Of a stretch of 54,509 nt of DNA, positions 1 to 8,859 are shown piece after piece. The DNA comes from a virus (lineage: Duplodnaviria > Caudoviricetes). Where the stretch lies: IMG/VR virus record IMGVR_UViG_3300025617_000962, positions 1-54,509 of that record, one strand, 5' to 3'. Numbering within the stretch: the first letter of the stretch is position 1; every line of letters begins with the position of its first letter. The position numbers and the translations under genes are program-made. Under the pieces are notes generated by a model. The model was not told where the DNA came from and made no database searches. It saw only the letters and a list, made by a program, of their open reading frames with translations.

Positions 1-1
1 A

Positions 2-532
2 GCAGGAACACACACCTTCTATCAAGGTTCACACTCATTCAGTGTCGAAGGAACAACAGAACTGTTGGGTAGACAAAAAAGTATTAGTAGTACTATCGCA
101 GGTAAAAATCTACAATCCGCAAACACATTCTATCCTATTGTGGCTATACGCTTGAAATCAACAGCACTCGACAGTGTTATTATCCCGGACGAGTACAGTG
201 CATCAACACTGGATAACACAAATATATTTGTTCGTGTTATGGAAAACGCAAACATCACTGGCGGCACTTGGGTAAGTTTTAGCGACGATAGTCCGGTGGA
301 GTATAACATTACCGCAACTGGATACAGCAACGGTTCTACGCTATCGACTAACTATATCAGTAGTACCAATATGGGTGCTGTGACTACATTCCCACAACGA
401 TCAATCACACAGTTAACTAGGGGAACCACAACCACACTGGGTGATACATCAGGTACATTCTTGATTGCTATTGCCGCAACTGGTTCTAACAAAGACGGTT
501 GGGCAAGCCTAGGTTGGATCGAAGTTAGATAA
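2..532 (+). CDS. 5'-truncated probable virion structural protein (Thr/Ser/Gly-rich)
   Basis: Frame is open from position 2 to the stop at 532; beta-rich composition typical of phage structural proteins. Confidence 0.55.
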   Translation, partial: AGTHTFYQGSHSFSVEGTTELLGRQKSISSTIAGKNLQSANTFYPIVAIRLKSTALDSVIIPDEYSASTLDNTNIFVRVMENANITGGTWVSFSDDSPVEYNITATGYSNGSTLSTNYISSTNMGAVTTFPQRSITQLTRGTTTTLGDTSGTFLIAIAATGSNKDGWASLGWIEVR

Positions 533-621
533 GATTAACCCCCACGCTATTTCTAACGCAGGGGCTGCTGTCTAATTACTTGTTATAAAGGGCTATGCCC
601 CGAATGTTCTTTGTTATTGTA

Positions 622-939
622 TTATTTATTTGTCTTGCCGTTTACAAATTCATAGAACTTGTCCGCAGCTTCCAATACAGCATCAACACCCGGTACATCT
701 GGCATTGTTACTGTGGTTACTACTTCATCACCTTCTTTGGCAACAGTAGTTTCAAACGCACCCATTTTAGCATGATAGTCCTGCCATGCTTGGTTTTGTG
801 CAAATTCCAAAACCTTTGTGCGAATTTCATAACCGTTTTTATTTGTTGATACTTTTGGCATTGCCTGCTTGAACATGTCTGCAATCTCTTGCGTTTGCTT
901 CAAGATAGTCTCGCCGTATGTTGTTTCCACTTTTGACAT
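622..939 (-). CDS. hypothetical phage protein
   Basis: ATG with AAGGAG SD; upstream TTGACA-N17-TACATT (1013-985) with an embedded TAAATA. Confidence 0.75.
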   Translation of the reverse strand: MSKVETTYGETILKQTQEIADMFKQAMPKVSTNKNGYEIRTKVLEFAQNQAWQDYHAKMGAFETTVAKEGDEVVTTVTMPDVPGVDAVLEAADKFYEFVNGKTNK

Positions 940-1009
940 TGTATTCTCCTTCGTGTCTGTATGTGTGTAGTTGGCTACATTATTAATGTAACAGGGTATT
1001 TATGTTTTG

Positions 1010-1135
1010 TCAAGCAGCGATTTGTGAAATTGACAAATACATAATTGAAAAAGTTACAACTCCAAATAGTGCAATTGAAACTTGTTCGCAGAAATATCCG
1101 TCACAGTCTTTAAACTTACTGAGTAAGCGGTTCAT
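1010..1135 (-). CDS. small single-TM membrane protein (41 aa)
   Basis: GGAG-N6-ATG at 1135; hydrophobic C-terminus; TAAATA at 1206-1201. Confidence 0.6.
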   Translation of the reverse strand: MNRLLSKFKDCDGYFCEQVSIALFGVVTFSIMYLSISQIAA

Positions 1136-1221
1136 ATTATTCTCCATGTGTGTGATTGTCTGTGGTGTTACTATAAGTAACTCTACTATAGTAACACCTA
1201 TATTTATCACAGTCAACTATT

Positions 1222-1809
1222 TCATGAAGATAATTGATCCGCCATGCTGTGGTTAACATCTGCATGTCCCTGCTCGTCTGCACGAACTGCTTTGACAACT
1301 TCTCTTAGTCTTGCATTGGGTATTAAATTATAATAGTCAATTGCAATCTGCGGAGCAGGAATGTTTTCAATTACTCCTGCATCAATTTGCTCTAAATATT
1401 GAGTATAACTGATCACAGCTTGATCTTCGAAGTATCCTACCATTCTATGTGCTGTACTTGGAAAGAAAACATATAGAATAAAATAGAAATGCCAAAACAC
1501 AAACTGAGCAAGCAAGATAATTAATCTTTCTAACCAGTTAGGCTTTGCTATCTCTATGAATATCATTAGATGCATACGTTCGTTTTCAGCTTCATCTAAC
1601 AGTGTTTTGATCCAGCCACGTTCATCTGGCTGCATCTTTCTTAGACTACGCAAGTGGTTCCACATGCCTGCTACCATGCCGGGAACCCCTGCTACAGTTT
1701 CTAATACGACTGCTCTATGTCCATAACGCTTGGCGAAGAATGTATCCGCAAACCAGCGAAAGCTCATAGTCAAGCCGTAGGCTACGTTATCTGATAGGTT
1801 AAACCCCAT
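1222..1809 (-). CDS. aox: alternative oxidase (ubiquinol oxidase, di-iron)
   Basis: Motifs LETVAGVPG, EAENERMHL, FEDQA..SY and RADEQGH, plus a hydrophobic segment. Confidence 0.92.
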   Translation of the reverse strand: MGFNLSDNVAYGLTMSFRWFADTFFAKRYGHRAVVLETVAGVPGMVAGMWNHLRSLRKMQPDERGWIKTLLDEAENERMHLMIFIEIAKPNWLERLIILLAQFVFWHFYFILYVFFPSTAHRMVGYFEDQAVISYTQYLEQIDAGVIENIPAPQIAIDYYNLIPNARLREVVKAVRADEQGHADVNHSMADQLSS

Positions 1810-1930
1810 ACATCTGATGCTTGTACTCTGAAATACGTTGTGCTTCTTTGTACAAACCTTTGCTACGCAATTGTTGAATTGCCATACAGTATGAACGGTA
1901 TTCCATTGCTTTGATAAAACGATTCCACAT
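1799..1930 (-). CDS. small protein (43 aa, MWNRFIKAMEYRSY...), not in the ORF track
   Basis: Translated by hand; TAATG coupling to the upstream ORF; overlaps the aox start. Confidence 0.6.
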   Translation of the reverse strand: MWNRFIKAMEYRSYCMAIQQLRSKGLYKEAQRISEYKHQMYGV

Positions 1931-2121
1931 TATTTTTTGTCTCCGTTTATCATCAGCCATTTAGCTTCTTCTGTGTAACCCATGCGATGTAGTTCAGCAG
2001 CAGCTCTTGCCCTGCCCAACGATTCCATAAAGTTATATGTGCCACGGCCAAATGCTTTGATTGCAGCCCAAATAGGGTTCACAGTGTAATTGATCATTGT
2101 TGCTGTGGTCATTACACCCAT
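1930..2121 (-). CDS. small hypothetical protein
   Basis: ORF overlaps and is coupled to its neighbours; ARAAAELHRMGY helix. Confidence 0.65.
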   Translation of the reverse strand: MGVMTTATMINYTVNPIWAAIKAFGRGTYNFMESLGRARAAAELHRMGYTEEAKWLMINGDKK

Positions 2122-2360
2122 CCCTTCAAGTTAGCGTTCTCGCGAACAGCACGAATATCAGCAGTACCGTGTGCAACTGAGTAGATGTCGCCGCGAGTGA
2201 GTCCCATATCGTTTAGTTCACGATCAGACAGTGCTGACAGTTGACGGATTGTATTTTTGATTTCTTTGCGTTGAATACGCTTTTCGTTTAGGTCAACGAA
2301 ATATTGTGCAACTTTTTTGAATAGGCTTGAGTTGCCGCCTGTTAGTGTGATTGAAGTCAT
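2112..2360 (-). CDS. DUF1127 (YjiS-like) small protein
   Basis: TIRQLSALSDRELNDMGLTRGDI matches the DUF1127 signature; AAGGAG SD. Confidence 0.85.
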   Translation of the reverse strand: MTSITLTGGNSSLFKKVAQYFVDLNEKRIQRKEIKNTIRQLSALSDRELNDMGLTRGDIYSVAHGTADIRAVRENANLKGWV

Positions 2361-2592
2361 TAACTTCTCCTTTTATGTGTATAAGTGTGTGTGCTTCTAA
2401 GGTTCGTCACGTACCCTGGTCTCTTCCAGCGTCACCTTTTTATGGCATAGGAAATGCCCTTCATTTTTTACAAGCTGAAGACGCTTGTCTTAACAATATT
2501 ATTTATTATACTATACTATAGTATGACACGAAAAACAACTGCATTCCGTGCATACCGTACATGTTATTTTTGCATGACTCGCATTAGTTTTT

Positions 2593-2772
2593 CTAAACTA
2601 TGTTGCGGCGATCTATTGCTCGCCCAGAGTTCATGCAATACATAACGTATGCTTGGTCTCCTGGCTGAAACTCTGTCTTCACATAAGTTTCCATTGATTT
2701 AATTTTTTCCGATCGTGTAGGTGAGACCGCAGTCATCATTACACGACCAATTGCTTTTGCTAAATTGATCAT
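2593..2772 (-). CDS. small hypothetical protein (59 aa, MINLAKAIGR...)
   Basis: Translated by hand; GGAG-N6-ATG; downstream of the late promoter at 2859-2866. Confidence 0.65.
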   Translation of the reverse strand: MINLAKAIGRVMMTAVSPTRSEKIKSMETYVKTEFQPGDQAYVMYCMNSGRAIDRRNIV

Positions 2773-2858
2773 TGTTTTCTCCGTTGTAATGATGCTTTAT
2801 AAGGCGAGCGCCCGTTGTGTTACCAACGACTCAGGTCGAGAACTTATCTTGCCAAAGC

Positions 2859-2870
2859 TATTTATAAATA
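2859..2870. promoter_or_regulatory. palindromic bidirectional T4-type late promoter TATTTATAAATA
   Basis: Perfect palindrome giving TATAAATA on both strands, between divergent genes. Confidence 0.6.
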
Positions 2871-2944
2871 TTAAAAAATAATGATTGACAACAGATACGC
2901 TTAGTGTTATATTGATGCTGAGTGTATTTTTTTTGGAGCAACAC

Positions 2945-3172
2945 ATGTCAGAAGAAAGGATCAACACTTCGTTCTACGGAGTGTTCAAAGGCAAACTTGA
3001 TAAACAAAAGCAAGATTTGAAGAAAGAACTAGAACGTGCTAAGTCAGACAGGCGCAAGGACTGGTTGAAAAAACAAATCAAAGAAGCAAAGAGCATGCGA
3101 GATCTGTTAAAGCAAATGGAAAAGCAGATGGGGCATCAAACTCAATGCCCCCACTGCGGCGGCGATCTTTAA
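2945..3172 (+). CDS. coiled-coil protein with C-terminal CPHCG knuckle
   Basis: GGAG SD before the ATG at 2945; TTGACA-N17-TATATT promoter at 2885-2913. Confidence 0.7.
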   Translation: MSEERINTSFYGVFKGKLDKQKQDLKKELERAKSDRRKDWLKKQIKEAKSMRDLLKQMEKQMGHQTQCPHCGGDL

Positions 3173-3177
3173 AATTA

Positions 3178-3939
3178 TTAGTCTTGCCACTTCTCTAGAT
3201 TAGCAATGTAGTTTGTCATTGAGTGATCTGAGAAGCTGTCAACGCCACCCTTTTTCAAACCCATCCATATGCCACGCCACTTGTCTTTGACACGCTGCCA
3301 TCCTGACATCTTGCGAACATCGCCATAAGCATTCATGTAGTGCTCGTTGCCATGATGTGTGTAGCCCATGATGCGTAACGGAACAGTTGTAACAATATCA
3401 TTGTTATTTTTCCAACGATGATGTGTCACTCCTAGGTGTACAACATAACCTTTCCACCCTACTCTTGGCGAACCGTATGTGTATAGTTCTTGTGGATCAG
3501 GAACTGCTTCTTCGTACATACAACGACTTGCCATGATAGTTGCCATAGCTGCTCCGAGACTGTGTCCACAGAACCATAGTGTTTGCTTAGGAGGTTTTGC
3601 AACCAAGTCCTCAAGTACCATAGGCCAAAGCTCGTCTACTTCTGCTTTGAACCCTTGATGCACACGGCTTACTGTTTCTGCAACCACAGGTATTGCCTTC
3701 AAATCTGCTGCAATATCGTTAAACTCTGTAGGTTGTGTACCGCGACATGCAATTACCATATCTTCTTTGTTTGCGAAACGATATGCTTGTGCGCCTTCTC
3801 TATTGTAAAATTCTACAGTTGTAAATCCTAGTGTTTTCACTTGCTTTTTTACTTCTTTAATGTTATCATTATACGAAACCTCAGCAAGTTTAGCGAACAA
3901 TAGGGAACGCTCTTTGAAACTTAAATTTATTATTGACAT
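3178..3939 (-). CDS. class 3 lipase (alpha/beta hydrolase)
   Basis: CRGT lid motif, VHQGF, GHSLGA nucleophile elbow, YGSPRVG, NNNDIV, DHSM. Confidence 0.88.
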   Translation of the reverse strand: MSIINLSFKERSLLFAKLAEVSYNDNIKEVKKQVKTLGFTTVEFYNREGAQAYRFANKEDMVIACRGTQPTEFNDIAADLKAIPVVAETVSRVHQGFKAEVDELWPMVLEDLVAKPPKQTLWFCGHSLGAAMATIMASRCMYEEAVPDPQELYTYGSPRVGWKGYVVHLGVTHHRWKNNNDIVTTVPLRIMGYTHHGNEHYMNAYGDVRKMSGWQRVKDKWRGIWMGLKKGGVDSFSDHSMTNYIANLEKWQD

Positions 3940-4007
3940 TTGTGCCCTCCAATGTTTGTAATATTTATATGTAACCTAAACTAAATACTGTATAGGAAAA
4001 TAAAGCT

Positions 4008-4271
4008 ATGAAAAAACGTACAAGAAGCATACTCGAAGAACTCAACAATGTGCATGGACGCAAAGACAGCGACCATCTCATAGACGCTACTGCCAATAAT
4101 ATTATTGAAAGTGCTATCAATCTATTGAGCAGAATACATTCAACATATGATGTTGACACTGCTGGTGAATTAGAGCGTCGCTTTATTAATAGTATCAAAA
4201 GTAATGATCCACGTAAGTTTAAACGTAGTATGACAAGAATAATTGAAGGCAAGAAAAATGACAATTCTTAA
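4008..4271 (+). CDS. hypothetical phage protein
   Basis: TAAATA at 3982-3987 and AGGA SD. Confidence 0.7.
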   Translation: MKKRTRSILEELNNVHGRKDSDHLIDATANNIIESAINLLSRIHSTYDVDTAGELERRFINSIKSNDPRKFKRSMTRIIEGKKNDNS

Positions 4272-5133
4272 AGAAGGCGGCAACGTTTTTAAAACAGAAC
4301 CTGAAAAGGAACTTATTGCATCAAGAATTGCTACAGCAGATGTACAGCCTACTATTGATTGGCTTAATAAAACCTTTGGCTTTAAGTTTACTCCAAAAGA
4401 ATTCTTAGGAACAACCGGTACAAAAACACATCCAGATGGAACATTTAAAAAGAATTCATCAGGTGACTTAGATCTTAATACTGATACTAGAGAGTTACCT
4501 AAAGAAGAAATAATTGCAAAACTTAGTGCGTGGTGTCAAAAGCAAGGTATCCCTGATTCAGAGATTATGAACAAGGGCAGAAAATTCGAAGCAGGTTGGA
4601 TTAAAGATGCCGGGTTACAGATACACTTTCGCACACCTATAAAAGGTAATCCTAAAAACGGTTTTGTACAAACAGACTTTATGCTTACAGACAATCCTGA
4701 TCTACAGCGTGGCGCCAAGCGTGGCGGCACTGAAAATTACACAGGTGCTGACAGAGCTGTATTACTTTCTAGTCTTGCAAGAGGTAGAGGATACAAATTT
4801 AGTCCAAACAAAGGTGTAGTTGATCCGAACAATGGAGATACTGTTGTTGCTGATAACTGGGACAAAATTGCAGAGATACTATTAGGTAAGGGTGCTAAGG
4901 AAGCCGATACACATACTGTTGAAAGTATGCTGGCAAAACTCAAAGGCGATCCAAACTATGATGAGCTTATTGCTCCGTGGAAAGAAGCAATGGAGAAACA
5001 AGGTAAAGAAGTACCAGAGTCTAAAACACCGACTGGTTATGCTACACTAGAAGACAAGCAACTTGCACGTATCAAAGAACTTAGTGGCAACATGGGAAAT
5101 GTTGTAATGTCAAGCGGAGCATTTAATAGATGA
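4258..5133 (+). CDS. putative Pol-beta-fold nucleotidyltransferase, possibly virion-packaged
   Basis: LGTTG...SSGDLDL and QTDFM motifs; N-terminal LKE-GGN; the ATG at 4258 is preferred over TTG 4243. Confidence 0.55.
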   Translation: MTILKEGGNVFKTEPEKELIASRIATADVQPTIDWLNKTFGFKFTPKEFLGTTGTKTHPDGTFKKNSSGDLDLNTDTRELPKEEIIAKLSAWCQKQGIPDSEIMNKGRKFEAGWIKDAGLQIHFRTPIKGNPKNGFVQTDFMLTDNPDLQRGAKRGGTENYTGADRAVLLSSLARGRGYKFSPNKGVVDPNNGDTVVADNWDKIAEILLGKGAKEADTHTVESMLAKLKGDPNYDELIAPWKEAMEKQGKEVPESKTPTGYATLEDKQLARIKELSGNMGNVVMSSGAFNR

Positions 5134-6242
5134 GATTTAACGAGTTCCGCACAGTCTTAACAGAAGCAATATTAACCGAAGAGTTCAAAGGTCGTGAATA
5201 CAATCACTTGGAAGACCTAGTTTTTATCAAAGGCTCTAAAGGTGCTCTTGAAGCAGCAGACATCTTAGAAAAGCTGGGCACCGATTCAGGCGATGTTGCT
5301 ATCAAGTGGGACGGCAATCCAACTATCTATTGGGGACGTGAACCAGACGGAACATTTGTACTCGTAGGTAAAAACGGTTGGGGCAAGAACAAATCAACAA
5401 GTTCACAAGACCTATCACGCTTTATACAAAACTCAGGCAAGGGTGTAGAAGAAGAGCCATGGCGCAAAGACTTTGGTGAAGAAATGGCAGAAGTGTTTGA
5501 GCTTATGAAGTCAGCAACACCCGCAAACTTCCGTGGTTATGTGTATGGTGACTTGCTGTACAGTCCACGCAAGCCGTTTACAGCAGTAGATGGCGCAGTA
5601 GAATTTGAGCCAAACAAGGTCAAGTATACAGTTGATACGAATGGCCCACTCGGCGAGCGCATAGCGAACTCAAAAGTGGGTGTAGTAGTTCACACAAAAC
5701 TTGAAGAGTTTGGTTCAAAGTCTGCTACTCCTTTTAAAGATGTAGAAGAACTTAATAGTCCAGACGTAGTAGTACTGGGGCAAACTTATGTTACACATCA
5801 ACCCAAAGTTGACACATCAGAAGTTAAAAGTATCAGAGCAACTGCTGAAAAAAATGCACAGTTGATTGACAATTTCCTTGCACCGGTTGCAGGATTAAGT
5901 GATATGAAGAATATCATTTACACATATATCAATCACATGACACGCACACAACAGCTAAAGAATATCGAAAATGGATTCTTTGATTGGCTCAGTGCATCTA
6001 AGGTAAGTAGTAACAAGCAAGCAAAGATACAAGCAATGCACGAAGCAAGTCCCAAGGCTCTGCCTGCTATCTTTGGGCTTGTAAAACAGATTATGTCTGC
6101 TAAGGATCACATCATAGATCAATTAGACGATGCTGACGCAGACGTTAAGGCAACAACAAAAGGCGAAAAGGGCGGCGAAGGTTACGTGGCTCTTGGATCA
6201 AAGACTAAACTAGTGCCACGTACAAGATGGCAACCAAATTAA
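5130..6242 (+). CDS. putative ligase/capping-superfamily nucleotidyltransferase, internal-head type
   Basis: KWDG (motif I), GDL (III), EGYV (IV), KLV (V), upstream HLED; MRFNEF...LTE leader. Confidence 0.6.
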   Translation: MRFNEFRTVLTEAILTEEFKGREYNHLEDLVFIKGSKGALEAADILEKLGTDSGDVAIKWDGNPTIYWGREPDGTFVLVGKNGWGKNKSTSSQDLSRFIQNSGKGVEEEPWRKDFGEEMAEVFELMKSATPANFRGYVYGDLLYSPRKPFTAVDGAVEFEPNKVKYTVDTNGPLGERIANSKVGVVVHTKLEEFGSKSATPFKDVEELNSPDVVVLGQTYVTHQPKVDTSEVKSIRATAEKNAQLIDNFLAPVAGLSDMKNIIYTYINHMTRTQQLKNIENGFFDWLSASKVSSNKQAKIQAMHEASPKALPAIFGLVKQIMSAKDHIIDQLDDADADVKATTKGEKGGEGYVALGSKTKLVPRTRWQPN

Positions 6243-6253
6243 GGAAGTAGACA

Positions 6254-6679
6254 ATGAAAATTAATGAAGTAACAGAAGCTGTGGTTGATCGTCGACCAGG
6301 TTATGCAACACAGGATAATCCTGTGACAAAAAAGTATGCGGCTATTGCTGACCATCTAGACAAATTTGCCAAGACCTTAAATATGAAAGATGACAAACAA
6401 CTAAAACTTTCTACGACTATTGAACAAGTTGGGCAAGAACTAACACTATTAAACACAGGCCAAAGCGCAAAGAGCTTTGCAGAAATTGCAAAAAGAGTTG
6501 GAGCTGATGAAAAGTTAGTTAAAACAATTATCGAAATGGGTGAAAAAATGTTTAACGCTAAAGGCGATCAGCGTCAAAGCGATGACGCAGGCGATGATAT
6601 TGATAGTGATGATTTCGGCGGACCGAGCGATGACGAGATTGCACGTCAAGCAGATGCAAGAGCAGCGAAGCGTAGATAA
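6254..6679 (+). CDS. probable internal head protein
   Basis: MKINEVTEA leader; SD present. Confidence 0.6.
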   Translation: MKINEVTEAVVDRRPGYATQDNPVTKKYAAIADHLDKFAKTLNMKDDKQLKLSTTIEQVGQELTLLNTGQSAKSFAEIAKRVGADEKLVKTIIEMGEKMFNAKGDQRQSDDAGDDIDSDDFGGPSDDEIARQADARAAKRR

Positions 6680-7620
6680 TGACTGAGAAGTATACCGCAG
6701 CACAGTGGGCAGAGATCGAAGGCGGCCATGAAGTTACGCCTGCACAAGAAGAATCTTATTCTTTCTTGAGAGATTTGCACGAGTCACGTATGACCAAGGA
6801 CAACGGCAATGCCAAGAAGTTGACCTACACTGACTGCGGTGAAAGAATGTATCTAACACTGTTGGCATTGGAAACAATGCGACAGTATCCGGACTTCAAA
6901 GCATATGTGCAACGCTACTGCAAAAAGACAGCAGGGTTTGAGCGATACAAAATGTATCGCATCATGGGCACTGACCTCTACAACTTCATCTACTTCCTTG
7001 TAGGGGACAGCAGCGCACAAGACAAACTCAAAGATCCAGACAGTGCAAAACGTATGCGAGCAGCTACAAAGCTACCTACAGCAGCAATTAATAGATACAT
7101 CAATGCAGTTGCACAAGGCAAAGAACCTTCACAAGTCAACAGTATGCTAATGGCAATTGAAAGTGCTATCAAGGTTACCAACAGCGATTACAAAGCAATA
7201 CGCAGGAACCTAACCAACTTTGCACGTTTAACCAAAGCAGAGAAACGTTTGGTGTCGACACGTCTTATCTTTGCTGTTCGTGCTAAACTACGCAGTTCAG
7301 ATATTATTGAAGATTTTGAGAAGTTTGCAGCAGTTAAGAACCTAGAAAAAGCAAGCGTAGTTGATCCAGAACCAACAGTATCTACACCAGACATCAGCAG
7401 CACACCTGCTGACCTTGCACTGTATAAATATCTAGTAGGCGACAAAAACCTAGCACTAACCAAGAAGTTCTTAGAGCAAGCTAAGGATGGTAAAGCAGCA
7501 AGTGCTAACATGGTACAAGCATATATGCCAGCTATTAAGATGATAGACGACATAGTAGCAGCAGGCCCTGCGTATGTACAACAGCTAAGAGCAGTACATA
7601 AGAGAGCCAAAAAAGGCTAA
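6679..7620 (+). CDS. hypothetical phage protein
   Basis: 313-aa ORF, TAATG-coupled to the previous gene. Confidence 0.75.
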   Translation: MTEKYTAAQWAEIEGGHEVTPAQEESYSFLRDLHESRMTKDNGNAKKLTYTDCGERMYLTLLALETMRQYPDFKAYVQRYCKKTAGFERYKMYRIMGTDLYNFIYFLVGDSSAQDKLKDPDSAKRMRAATKLPTAAINRYINAVAQGKEPSQVNSMLMAIESAIKVTNSDYKAIRRNLTNFARLTKAEKRLVSTRLIFAVRAKLRSSDIIEDFEKFAAVKNLEKASVVDPEPTVSTPDISSTPADLALYKYLVGDKNLALTKKFLEQAKDGKAASANMVQAYMPAIKMIDDIVAAGPAYVQQLRAVHKRAKKG

Positions 7621-7710
7621 AGTAAACACAAAAATAACGTAAAATGATAAATAATATTATACAAAACGCAAGAGAAGGCGTTTTGCCATTAGATCATAGG
7701 AGAATATAAA

Positions 7711-8019
7711 ATGGCTGAAGTAACAAACACAAACGGAACAGTAGCAGACGGTAACGGCTTAGGTCCAAAAACAGTAGTAATTAACATTGCAAAGACAAAC
7801 ATCACTAAAGCAGAGATGACAACAATGGTGCAAGCACTAGGTGCAGCTGGACACACTGTTGCAGGTGTAAAAGGCATGCTAGCAGACGAAACAGCAGACA
7901 ACGTACAAGTTGTTCTACAAGGTGGCGTAGACTACGTTGCAGATGCAACAGACGCACTAGGCGTAACTGGCGCAGCAACTACAATCATTGCTGGTCCATT
8001 CGACCAAAACCCTGCATAA
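7711..8019 (+). CDS. small late, probably structural protein
   Basis: TAAATA at 7648, AGGAG SD, strongly biased codons, downstream terminator. Confidence 0.7.
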   Translation: MAEVTNTNGTVADGNGLGPKTVVINIAKTNITKAEMTTMVQALGAAGHTVAGVKGMLADETADNVQVVLQGGVDYVADATDALGVTGAATTIIAGPFDQNPA

Positions 8020-8067
8020 GAATTCCTTTACCTTAGGAACCGTGATGTTATAACAGGCGTCACACTA

Positions 8068-8098
8068 AAGAGTCACTTTTTAAGTGGCTCTTTTTTTA
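8068..8098 (+). terminator. intrinsic terminator
   Basis: AGAGTCACTT-TTT-AAGTGGCTCT followed by a T-run. Confidence 0.75.
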
Positions 8099-8113
8099 TG
8101 ACTTAAATACTGT

Positions 8114-8509
8114 ATGAGATTTACAATACATACCCTAGTAGACATAACTGAGACAGGTGCTCGTCGAGGCGAAGACCCTAAACAATATCGACAACAACAA
8201 AACTTTCTAACAGTTATGCAGACTATTGGACTAAGAGTAAATCCAACGTATGTTGCAGCACCAGAAGTTGTTAAAGAAGTTCCGAGTAAACTAGGACTGG
8301 GTACATCATACAAATCTAAACAATCTGTTTGGAAATATGTGTTTGACATAGAGTATGAAGGCGCATTGGACGTAGATACACTAGTAAATGACTTTGATCT
8401 AATACCAATTATCACAGATCTAGACGAAACTGCAAAGTTTGAAAATGCACATTTCATTACCAATAATGATGCAATTAACAATATACTTTTTGAAATAGAT
8501 GATAAATAA
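8114..8509 (+). CDS. hypothetical late protein, probably leaderless
   Basis: ATG lies 4 nt after TAAATA. Confidence 0.7.
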   Translation: MRFTIHTLVDITETGARRGEDPKQYRQQQNFLTVMQTIGLRVNPTYVAAPEVVKEVPSKLGLGTSYKSKQSVWKYVFDIEYEGALDVDTLVNDFDLIPIITDLDETAKFENAHFITNNDAINNILFEIDDK

Positions 8510-8594
8510 AACTGTAGCGTAAAAATTACCAGGCATATTAAAACACATACTAAAGGCTAACCAAGAGTTTACTTTAACTATTAACGGAGTTTAT

Positions 8595-8837
8595 ATGTCT
8601 GAGATTAACACGACAACTGATTTAGAAAAGCAAAGTCTAGAAGCACACGTAGACCTATGCGCTCTGCGCTACAGCAACCTTGACAATCGTCTAAACACTG
8701 TTGAACGCACACTCCTTAACATCCACGAAGACATCAAAAAAGGTCAAAACTCAATGACCAAAGTGCTAGTTGGCACAGCAGGCACAGTTATTGCAGGATT
8801 GCTATCAACTGTTGTTGTCGTTTTAATGAAATTCTAA
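8595..8837 (+). CDS. coiled-coil protein with C-terminal TM helix (holin-like topology)
   Basis: Heptad region followed by VLVGTAGTVIAGLLSTVVVVLM; GGAG SD. Confidence 0.6.
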   Translation: MSEINTTTDLEKQSLEAHVDLCALRYSNLDNRLNTVERTLLNIHEDIKKGQNSMTKVLVGTAGTVIAGLLSTVVVVLMKF

Positions 8838-8859
8838 TCCGCTCACGATAAATAACTAT

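Noticed and set aside
2454-2645. Plus-strand 63-aa ORF (likewise 595..849 and 1002..1256)
   Set aside because: These overlap better-supported minus-strand genes or leaders and have implausible composition.
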